Part shown: positions 29,777 through 41,700 of the stretch, piece by piece
Layout of the letters: each line of letters opens with the position of its first letter
How positions within the stretch are numbered: the first letter of the stretch is position 1
NCBI GenBank assembly: GCA_964234715.1
Contig: OZ174275.1
Source of the DNA: Podarcis melisellensis
Taxonomy: Eukaryota
Direction: 5' to 3' (one strand)
Length of the DNA stretch: 64,000 nucleotides
Position numbers and translations under genes: made by a program
The notes under the pieces: model-generated
What the model saw: only the letters and a program-made list of their open reading frames with translations
The model's database searches: none
What the model was told of the DNA's origin: nothing

Positions 29777-32700
29777 CTAGGACAGGGCAGCATTTGCTTG
29801 TCGATGAGTTCGCAGACAGTTCGTGGAGCAGAAGGAGAAGTCAAGGTAATGGAAGGGAATGCGGCCCAGTAGCGACTCTCCACATAGCCAACAGCGCCTA
29901 TAGAAACCAAAGAGACAGCATGAGCTTGGAATCATTGTAGTTGGAGATCATGCCAAAAAGGAACACACCACTCACCCACCTTACCTGGTATTAGTAAGAG
30001 TTGCACTGGAGTCTTTTAGTTGGGAAGCAAGTCTCCTCTCAGCCGCCAACGCACGCTAAGAAGCAATACACACATACTATTAGGAACAACAACAAAGAAC
30101 TGTCCCCCAGGGTCTATAGGGAGAAGTGTCTTCATCCCATTGTACAAAATCCTATGTAAAACAAGCAGTTCACTTAGGAAGATGTGCAAGGATGTTCCAG
30201 AGCTGGGTCAAACTATAAAAGCAATCTGCTTGTATGTCACATACAAAGTCCAGAGTTAGCCATGTTCCTTTAAGGGAGCTTGTGGAAACTAAAAACTAAA
30301 CAGATTTCACCAGAGATCTTCCTAACAGGAGGGCATAAGTATTTTAGTAAAATACAGCAGAAATGCCGTATGATATTTAAGTCCATCAGAATAACACACA
30401 CGGTTTACAGAGCAGGAACAAACTAGCAGGTTTCAAATTCCTTTCTCAAGGTAACTTTGGTTGTATAGCAAAGACTCAGGAAGTAGGACAGATCTGTGAG
30501 TTATTCTCTATCTCAGGAGGCCTTTCTTAAATATAGGTCATGTCCATGGAAAAGACAGAGATGCCTATCTAGATTCAGGACATATCCCAGCATGACAACA
30601 TTAAGTAGATCTTCAAGATCCTCATTACATTCTAAAACAAAAAACCCATTCTGGTTGTCTTGCACAGATGGGTTCAGAAATGGCAACAAAAACACTCCAA
30701 AGTGGCTGATGTTGCCTGGTTCAGGAAAAACAGTATAATAAGTCTTATCAAGTGTCTTTCTCAGGAGATGCTAGAACTAGAAGGATAGCCACACCAACAG
30801 GGATGACCCAATATAACCAACTGTCAGGATAAAGAAAGGAAACAGCAAAATCTTTTCTTTACATGAAACCACAGCTTCTCTCAGACAACATTGGTCAAGC
30901 GAGCTCTCTGTGATCAGCACAGCAGATGATGCTACGTATCATATCAGGAAGCTTGTAGCACCAGAAGTGATGCCATCATCTGTTAAGCCGCCTTTTCTTC
31001 CTTGAGTCACCTGAGTCTTAGGCTCTCACCTTCTCACGATCACTCAGCAGGGCAAAGCACCGTTTCTCATCCTCTTCTTGCTCAAGCAGCTGCTGTGCCT
31101 CTCGTTTCTCTTTCTCACGCTGCTTCCGCTGGGCCTTTTGTGCTTGGCGGCGTTCTGCCTGTCTGGCTTCCATTTCTGCCGTCAGGGGTCCAGGCACCTG
31201 CAATTACACAGTAGATGTGGATCCAGCAGAAAAGGGCCCAGTCCTGGCAGCAAGTAGCCAGAAGAGATCTTGAAAGGGGCTCAAGTCTCCCTTTGTTCTG
31301 TGTATGCTGCTGTCCTACTACATCTCTGGATGCAAAATCCCTAGACACCATCAAAATTCATTTCCTTCCCATCTCTGCTCACTCCAATAGCATATTTAAA
31401 GCTGGGAGATTTAAACAAACACACACAAAAATCCTTCATACACATACTCAAAGGTATCTTCTACTTAAATTAATGCCTGCTTGAGCGAGCATTTGATTAA
31501 GAGAAATCCAGGATGCCTTTTGCACTGAGTGTGAGATTCCAGAGAGATATGCAAAGGATGGGTACGGGTGGCAGGGTCTAAAAGAGCCCCCCACCCCAAA
31601 TAGTTAAGTTATGTGGGAATTAGTGGAAGGAAGGCAAAAAGGACTCTGGAATTCTTCTTATCAAGCCTTCCCTTCTTAAACTGCAAGCTGTGCAACTCAG
31701 AAACTGTCCAAGGTCAGTAACATACAAGAACAGATAAGGAGTCTTCTGTGGGCAGCTGGCTTGGCCCTGGATGATCAACTTGCACTTGCCTTCTATTTAT
31801 TCACAAGTGTAAGCGTCCACACTAGACACTTTCCAATTCTTCATACATGCATCCAGAGCATTCTTCATACATGCATCCACCCACCTGAGCCCGGTCGTAG
31901 TCATATTTCTCAGGCTGTTCACCCCTGAACCTTCGGAATTCATTACGAGTTTGTTTATTGGCAGAAACACAGTATGGAGGCTGTTCCTGTCTGTCCCTGG
32001 GGAGGAAACACAATGTAACTTTAGATCCAGATCTGTGACCTACACCACAGTTAGGCTGCCACATGTCCAGATTTCCCCAGAAATTACTGGGATTTCAAAG
32101 GGGGAATTGACGTCCGGGGGGAATTTCCAGAAGGCAGCACTTTGTCCTGGATCTTAGGCAAGTCAATCGAAAATTCACTTTTGGGGTGCTCTGGTTTTTA
32201 CTTTTGGAAATATGGCAACCCTAACCACTGTAGAAGATGACACTGCTGGGAAATGGAAGCAGCATGTGCCACATTACTTTTGTTGCTTCTACAACTGGGT
32301 ACTGGAAGTGAGAGAGAAGCCCAAATCATCCCAGGCTATGAACAGATTTGAAATTTGTCCCAGAGAGTGGAATGTCCTCCAGCTTCCTATGCTTGCATAG
32401 GTACTTGGACAAAGTGGCCCTCAAGTGTTCTGGCCCTTTGAGAACAACTAATTCTCAATACCTCTGAAAGACCTGGGCTCAGACTAATGTGTAACTGAGT
32501 CAAGGACAGCTGACACTCAAGAGGAGCAGCTTGAATTTCATGGGGTCAGCAGTTCTGACTCAAAGAGCAGAAGTGCAACTCAAGAACCAAGTATTAGGAC
32601 TCTAGGCATCAATATAGTCTTCTCAAGCTGGGCATTACCTAAGGGATGGGTCAGCCCCCATCTCCAACAGCAGCCGCACAACTGTACTCCTTCCAGCTGC

Positions 32701-35700
32701 TGCCGCCACATGCAAAAGGGTCCAGCCACTCTCATCCAGGGGTGAGTTGAGCAATTGCTGTGGGGTGATACCATTGCAGTCATCTGCTTTATCTGTGGTG
32801 CTATTATCTCTCTCCAGAAGATGCTGTAGTGCCTTCAGGTCTCCCATCTTACACGCTGTGAACAAGGCATCTTGTAACGATGTGCTAAGACCTAGAGGAA
32901 GGAAGGAAGGAAGAGTCTCACATTAACCATGAAATATCCATGTTACCTATATGGGTAAACAGAATGTCAAGTCTTGGTTTTGCCACTCCCTTTAACCAGC
33001 ACAGGCTTCCAACCTACAATAATGGCCCAAATGGCAAGTTGTTGTAGAACCCCTTATTATAAAACGGAGTGGGGAAGTGCAGATCTTGCTGACGCTCACA
33101 CAACCACCCCCAAACTCACCATCATATTTCAGACAATTCTGGGTCTTGGGTGACTCCTCTGTTCTGGGCAACAAAGCCTTGGGCTCTTTCACACCTCCTG
33201 AAGTCTCAGTGGAGGACTCTGCTTCAAAAGAAAGAACATGCAAGGTGTTGTTTCCTGTCCAGTTCATTTTAGTCTATCAGTACCATTCTGATCCCTGTCT
33301 AGTGAGCACTGTAACTTTGTCTAGAATGACCCAGAAATGCATGAATGATGGATTCAGATGAACTAACCAGAATGCAGGACCCATGTTCTAAATGCCCACC
33401 CCTCTCTCCTAACTTGCTCCAAGTGTCACTGACATCATGGCCAACAGGATGCAGCATGAGGAGAGCAGTCCCAGAGAACCATCACAGTTTTGTGATGCTG
33501 ATACTGTTCCACACAAACAGAAAGACAGGGGAACTGCGGTTCCCTTTTTCTGCTTGGGAACAGCTGATCATCAACGACACTGCTCTGACTCCAAAGCTGC
33601 AGCAGCAGCTCCTGCTTTTAACCTTAAGACTAGAGATGGATGCAGTCCAACCTATAACACTGAGATGATGCAGATTTAGAAGTGGTAATTTAGAAGGGTG
33701 GTTTAAGACAGCCTTCATTTGCACTCTCTTAAATCTTTGGAACCATCTCAGCTGACACTGACTTCTCTGGGTCTGCGGTGGCTCCTCTTCAGCCACACAA
33801 GTCATCTCATGAAAGGCAGGTAGTATAATGAAATCCAGCACACCTATCAGATTTCACTTTAAAGCCCCAGTCCTCACGAGTAAAGAAAGCAGAACAAAGA
33901 TGTGAAAGCACTGCCTCCCAGAAAGTAGAAGAGGGTGGACTCTCTTGCGGCAAGTACAAAACTGATTTCCCCATAATGTAATGCCCCCTCCACCCCACCT
34001 CTGTCTACAGGAATCCTATGTGTTCTATTTTATCATGTTGGTTGCCATTCTTCTATTGAACATTTTTAACCTAGAACAGATTACCTAACAGAGACAGCGG
34101 TGCTTCGATCAGGCAAGATATCGCCATTTCTGCAAATGCTGAATGCAGTTTGCCCCAGAGGTTTGCTTTAATGGAATATCCAATGCTTGCACAACTTTCT
34201 TCTCAAACGGACTGTATTTCAGTTTCTGGGTTGTAGCTTCTGACTTTCTGTGAACTAAGGTCCCTCTAGATTATGGCCCAGGGCCCATCATGGCTTTCTT
34301 ATCCTGGGAGCCTGCATCTTGATAGGAAGCAGCTGCCAAGGACACCAAACTGGGGGTCAGTGTCTCTCAAGGCAGGCAAATAATTTAGCCATTCTAGAAA
34401 GAGAATGCACCCACTATCTGTACTAATAATAGGTCCACTACCTCAGCCACCTACCCATCAGTGTTTTTTGTTTCTTCCTTCTCTTCTTGCGATTTAATTT
34501 TGGTTCCGCTTCAAATTCTCGGAGTTCCAGTGTACTCAGTGTCTGCTCCACCAACTCCAGCTGCTGCAGACTTTTCTCTTCCTCCTCCTCCTCCTCCTCC
34601 TCTGGCTTTGCTGCAGAGACTGTAAGAAAACGGTATCATGGTTAAGTCTTTCCTTCTCCGCTTCTGATGAACAAAGTAGGGATCATTCAATGAACTTGAG
34701 GATTGGGGTATGGAAGGTGATCCAAATCAGCCTATCAGTCCTCCGTCAGCTGAACTGCAGCCACTGTTAGATCACATCCTACACTTTAGCAGCCACCATT
34801 GCGATTTCAGCATTTTCCTGCCTGCAACACTCTTTCAGGGACTCTCCATAAAACCATTTCCCAGTGGAGGCAGAATCCCCCGCTTTACTGCTTTCAGCAG
34901 CCCATAGTGGTCTTTCCACCCAATAACCTAGGTGATTATGATGGTAAAAAGTGAACAAAGCATCTGCAGTGGATGAAGGATTGCTAGAAGGGCAAGGATG
35001 GCAAGGCTCTCCAACTCACTAGTGTCTTGACTCTGTGAAGATGCTTCATCCAAAGGGAGGACCTTTTTCCAGCTCTTCCGAGGGGAGAACATCAAATCTG
35101 CCACTGCTGTGTCTTTGCCTGCCAAAAGAGTCAGAATGGTGTTTTCTAGGATGAAAATCCTCTTAGTTCCATACCCTCCACTCCCACTCCTAATGGCAGA
35201 TTTCTAGATAGACAATTCACAGTGGCCCAATTCCAGCAAGAGCAAAGGAGATCAAAGAAGCAAACAAGGTCAGAATAGAGATATGGGAGGGAAATGACAC
35301 ACACACTCCAATACTCCACCCCATCCCTGGGCCTCCACATCTCTAGGCGAGAACCAAGATTATAGTCAGAAACAGTATACACAAAGACTTTGGAGCATCA
35401 TTTCAAGTACTTGGGGACTAAAAGCTGTGCTCACCATACACTTGCAGACTGCTCAGAACCCCATGCACCCGTTGCACCTCATGGAAGGTGGCTCTCCGGG
35501 TGCTGAAAGGAATGCCCCGGATACGGGGATCATCTCGCTGAAGAGGGTCATTTTTGCTGCCAAAAAACCGAGCTCGGTTGGTGCGAGGGGCACGAAGGAA
35601 GATACACTCTGCTCCTTGCAAATGCCCTGTCCAGCTGGCCAACAACTCCTGAATATCCTGCAGGAAAAGAAACGTATAACAGGTAGGCCCATCGTTGTCG

Positions 35701-38700
35701 CCTTTAGTGCAGCCGAAGTAACCACAATGAAGGCTGAGTTGCATAGGGTCTGAATGTAACCACTGGTCACCTATTTCCAAGAGATCCCCAGTGCCACTTA
35801 TAAATAAAATACATCATTTCAAAAGAGAGAATGCAGAAACAGTCTGAATTGTATGGAAGAGCTTCATTTCTCAATATGGAATCTGCAGCAAGAAGGGATT
35901 ACATAGAGATACCCAGTGCAATGCCTTCTAGATGTGGTTGGACTCCAACTGCCATCAGCCCCAGCCAACAGGGCCAATGGTCAAGGACGATGGGACTCAT
36001 TGTTGGACTGCATCTGGAAGACACCACATTGCCTGCCCTGGTCTACATCATTGGGACTAGAGCAGTCTGTCCTCCTCTTCTGTCACTGTTTTGATGCACA
36101 GACTACTGACAAGAACTGGCATAGACTTGCAGTAAAAGTCAACTGCATCTTTCCTTTGTGAAGGCCGAACAGCTGGGACAATCTTACTCAAACAGCAAAG
36201 CTCTCAAATAGCCATCCCCTTTCCATTTTGTGGGTTTACTCTTGGTTCTACTAGGGTCCGCACTCACCTTGAGCAAGGCAGCCTCATTGTAGCGCCGCAG
36301 TGTGGCCCCAGCTGATTTTGGCATAGACCCTTGAGCATCTCTCACTCCTTGGGCTGTCCCTCGGCGAGCTCGCACTGTATACCGATGAAATGTCTTATGC
36401 TCCAGCACCTCATTTCTGGGAAGAAAGTGACGGTAAGCCTACAGCAAAGACCGACATCCAGAATCATCATCTTAGCATGAATGTCTTCACTAGGAACCAA
36501 GTCTAGCCAGGTTTTATCCATACCAGGAATATGGAACCTGAGGCCTTCTAGATATTGCTGGACTCCAACCACAACTGGTCCCAACTGGAATGGCCAATGG
36601 TCAGGGATGATGGGGATCTGTAGCCCAACACTATTCAGAGGGCCACAGGTTCCCCACTCTTTTGTAGGCAATATTGAGATGGATGGATCAGATGTCGTCA
36701 TTTGTGTTAGGCTGAAGTGGCTTAGGAAAGGATGAAGACCTTTTATCTCACATCCTCAAGCTCTCAAAATGGGCTGCTTTATATTGCATGCATCCATGAA
36801 GACCTCAAGTTTCTCCAGGGAGGAGGTGCTGGTGAGTCAGTATTGAGTGGAGACTGTTTTTGCACACACACATTATGTGGTTGTTCTTGGCTGAATTTGC
36901 TTTGCCTCATCATGATTATGCTTTGCGTCCACTTCTAGCCTTCCTGCCTACTGATAAACTCCTTGAATCTGGGGGATGGAGAACCTGTGGCCCTGCAGAT
37001 GATGTTGGACTACAGCTCCAACATCCACCTGAGCATTGGTCATGTTGGCTGGGGATGATGGGAGTTGGAATCCAACATCAGGAGGGCCACAGGTTCCTCA
37101 TCTGATTTGCACCTTGAATGGGGTCCAGCAGATTACAAATGTAAAGCACTCTACATTCCCCACCCACCCAACATCTCTCTTCATGAACTTTCAGGAAACT
37201 GCTTAGTGTAGACCATGAGATGAGCATTAATGCTGGCCTGGAAGCACATGTGGGATCGTGGTTTATCAGCCTTCTGACACAGTCACACTCTTAAAGCAGC
37301 TGTTACAGCTTGCAAGTTGACCTGCACGATAGACATCCCCCTCTGCGTTCTTACCCCTTAAAGACAGCTCCTGCAAAGTGTCCCCCGCCAGTCATTAGGA
37401 TCACCCAGGAGGTTCCTGAGCTCTGTCTCTGAAGGGATGCCACTAGCTCTTCAGGCTCCTCCACACTGCCCTGGATGGACAAAAGACCCCTTCAGTTAGC
37501 GAGAAGTTACTGACTGTGCAATGAGAGCAGCTTTCTGCCCGGCTGTTAAATAGGGATGGGCCCGAAAAAGACCCAATATGGAGGCCAAATGGCCAAAGTA
37601 TTGGGAAATATTAGAAAAAGATGGAGACAATTGGAAATTGCAGAGTTTGGAGAAAATGAAGGATAAAGTGTGAGACTGGTTACATTACGCTCAGATTAAA
37701 GAAGTCTTTAAAAATGATAAAAAGTTAGGGTTCCAGGTGGAGAAATCGAAGTTGGAAACAGAACTGTTAGAACCTAAGACTAAGGTACTTTCAAGAATGT
37801 ATAACTTGCTGCTGAAATGGAATACACAAGACGAAATGGTTAAATCGGCTATGATAAAGTGGGCACAGGATATTGGGCATAACATTATGTTTGAGGATTG
37901 GGAAAGGTTGTGGACCACTGGGCTGAACTTCACTGCATGTAATGCTCTGAAGGAAAATGTAATGAAAATGATATATAGATGGTACATGACCCCAGTTAAA
38001 CTTGCCAAAATATACCATTTGTCTGATAATAAATGTTGGAAATGTAAAGAAAATGAAGGAACATTCTTTCACCTCTGGTGGACTTGCCCTAAAGTGAAGG
38101 CCTTCTGGGAAATGATATATAATGAGCTGAAAAAGGTATTTAAGTATACCTTCACCAAGAAACCAGAGGCTTTCCTTCTGGGTATTGTCGGCCAGAAGGT
38201 GTTAAAGAAGGACCGAACATTTTTCATGTATGCAACAACGGCAGCAAGAATACTTATCGCTAAGAACTGGAAAACTCAAGATTTACCCACATTGGAAGAG
38301 TGGCAGATGCAGCTGATGGATTATATGCAACTAGCCGAGATGACTGGCAGAATCCGAGACCTGGGAGAAGAGAGGGTTGAAGAAGACTGGAAGAAATGTA
38401 AGATTTATTTACAAAAATATTGTAATTTGGTTGAAGGTTAAGAAGGATGCTAGATCATAAATAATCGCCCTCCACTAATTTAGATTTGAATTTGACGATA
38501 AGTGAGATTAAAGAAAGTATAAACTCATTTTTGGAGAACTGTTAGATTGTATTTAAATGAGCGGATATAAGATTGTAAACAAGATGATAATTTGCTTGGA
38601 AAAACTTTTCCACAATGTAAGTGGGAGCGGGAGACGTGAGGGAGTCCAAAGAAGTGAAGAAAGTATGTTATATAAGTAAAGTTGTTTATTATTTATGTAT

Positions 38701-41700
38701 TTGTACTCAAAAAATCTTAATAAATATTTATTAAAAAAAATAGGGATGGGCAGGGTGTTAGCTGGTCCCAAACAGACAAAAGGATTTCAAGGGATGTTCC
38801 CTTCCCACAGAGTTTTGGAAGTGGGGGAAATGCTGCAGAAATTCATCCTGCAGAAATTCAGGTTTCTTCTAGGAAAGCATCAGTTACAAAACAGAAAGCA
38901 TAGCTTTCAACATTTCCCTTTTTTTAAAGGGAAATTCCCTTATTCCGAATAGGATTCCTCGCAAGAAAAGGGAAAAAGTTGACAGTTATGAGAAAGAGTA
39001 ATATCAGGAAAGCAAAATGGGCCAGCTTGATGTTAAAAATTAATGGGCAAGGAAAAGTCAGTCAGGTGACTAGAGGAACTGTGCAGGACTTAAGAGAGAA
39101 ACCCACACATTTATGGCAACAAGCCAACACAGTCCCAACTGGCTGAAATTATAATACCTGCTTGGGAGGAAGAGTTTGCAATTAAAGCAAGATAGTAGGT
39201 GGGAAAATTAAGACCAACCGCTTTTATGCTTATTGCAACAGACACTAGACTTCCTTTAAAACCTGGCCACGGCATTATCCTCTTGGTGTGTGTGTGTTCG
39301 TGATAGGCATTCATCATTTGGTGAGAGACAGCTGGTAACTAAAACAGGAAGAGACCAAAAGCCAGAAAAGGAATGAGGTCCAGTAGGCTCTTTGTGACAT
39401 GCCTTCATAGTGTTTAGCACACAGCGATAGACTGAGATGAGCTGGCCTTGGGCATTTCTGAACAGAACCCGCTGGGAGCGTCGACATGGAGAGGGGCTCC
39501 GATGACTGCCTTCACTGTTGGGTGGTTCAGATTCATTGTCCAAGTCAGAGTCACTGGAATCTGACCCAGAGATGCTGGAGACATCACCTGTGGACCAAGG
39601 CAGTAACAGAAAAGAAAATCACACAGTCAAGAAGGAAGTGCATCATGTAACGGATTCCAGAGATCCTATTTCTGGAATTTTATATCTGAAACTCCTGCCC
39701 ACAAGGCAGAAAGACAGAGCATTTTCATGCAAAGAAGACAGTCTGGACTGGTAAAGCTGGAAAATTCTCTACTTAAGACAGCTCAGGACCACAGCAGGGA
39801 GGAAATATATGTGTGGATCTAGACGACTGAGCTCCTTTGGACATACATTTGACTAATGGAGTATGTTGTCATAGCTAGAGTAAAACCAAAGGGGTCATTA
39901 TAGTAATGAACATTGAAATGAACTAGCATCCAATGCTGGATGAGACTGAGTCTAAGGCACCCATCTGAGACTGATTCCACCCAGTCTGTTAATGAATGGC
40001 TGTGAAACTGGATGCTTGGAATCTTTGTTATGAGCAAAGGCAAAATGGAGCTCATTAGGACCATCAGAGCTCTTGAGTAGTATTCATAGAATAATAAATT
40101 GTAGAGTTGAAAGGGACACCAAGGGTCATCTAGTCCAACCCGCCTCAATGGAGGACTCTCAGCTATTGAACCCCTATCATGTGCCTCTCACCTGCTTGAG
40201 TCTTTGCCTCAAATTCTTCAGCTGTGAGCATGCGGTGACCCAGGAGCCGCTGCTTTAGGTTGAAACGATGCCAATCTAGTCGATAATGCTCAGTCTGCAC
40301 AGGAAAAGAAAGGGACAGTGGGAGAGCCAACATAGGCCACAGTAGTAACTGGTTCAGTGTTTGGCATCTATATCTCGGGCTACATAGGGCAGGCAAAAGC
40401 ACCCCTTTGCAATGATCCTGAAATACCGAGTGCTTAATTAAGGACATAAAACAGTATCTGGGTCAGTCCAATATGGAAGTTGCATATCAGTTATTACTAT
40501 GAGTATAGGGACTACAATTCCCATCATACAAAATCCTATTTTTGTTGTGATGTGGGGGACTTGAAGTCTTAGGAACATAAGAGCAGCCCTGATAGATTGG
40601 ACAAAAGGTTCATCTTAGTCCAGCATTCTGCTCTCACAGGGGCTCATTAGATACCTGTGGGAAGCCTGCAAACAGGACCTTAGCACAGCAACTCTCTCCC
40701 CACTTGTGATTCTCAATAATTGGTATTCAGACATATTGCCTCCGATAATAGAGGCAGAACATAGCCATTAAGACTGGGTGCCATTGATAGCCTTATTCTC
40801 TATTACAGGGGTGGGGATTCTTCAAACTATGGGTCTAATTGGATCCACGAGGCTGTTTTCTTTAACATGCCCACTTCCAAACCTCACTTCATATGTGACA
40901 TGAGATTTGGGGCAGGTAAGCAGATGCTTACAAAAGAACAATTGGTAGCTTAAAGTGAGCGCTTGATTGTCCCTTTGCAAGCGAGGCTTGCTGACAGTCC
41001 TGAGCAGCACTGTTAATAAGCATCTTTGAAGGCATACTTTGACTGACAGCGCACCTTAAAAAAGCCTTGCAGCAAGTCCCTTTGAAGTCCTTTGCGGGTG
41101 CAATTTGAATCCAAACTGCACCTGCAAACAGACAGCAAAGAAGCATGCTAAAGCCACAGATTAGCTGCCTAGCAGTTACAGCTTGGTTAAAGAAATTGGC
41201 CTGGGGAGGATGGAGGAATTAAGGATCTGGCCTGCAGACTAGATCCAGTCCCCCACCCCTACGTTTGTCTAACCCTTTTTAAGGGCAACCAAGCTTGTGG
41301 CCCTCACTACATCCCAGGAGAAAAAATTGCATAGTTTTAACTATATGAAGATAGGGACGCGGGTGGCGCTGTGGGTTAAAGCCTCAGCGCCTAGGGCTTG
41401 CCGATTGAAAGGTCAGCGGTTCGAATCCCCGCGGCGGGGTGCGCTCCCGTTGTTCGGTCCCAGCGCCTGCCAACCTAGCAGTTCGAAAGCACCCTCGGGT
41501 GCAAGTAGATAAATAGGGACCGCTTTCTAGCGGGAAGGTAAACGGCGTTTCCGTGTGCAGCTCTGGCTCGCCAGAGCAGCGATGTCACGCTGGCCACGTG
41601 ACCCGGAAGTGTCTTCGGACAGCGCTGGCCCCTGGCCTCTTGAGTGAGATGGGCGCACAACCCCAGAGTCTGGTAAGACTGGCCCGTACGGGCAGGGGTA

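Noticed and set aside
33482-33841. 119-aa minus-strand ORF in an ANKZF1 intron as an extra exon
   Set aside because: I found no phase-1 acceptor/donor pair that keeps the frame and no resemblance to ANKZF1.
37737-38441. 234-aa ORF as a nested host gene
   Set aside because: It is the ORF2 C-terminus of a truncated LINE bounded by TSDs, with no promoter of its own.
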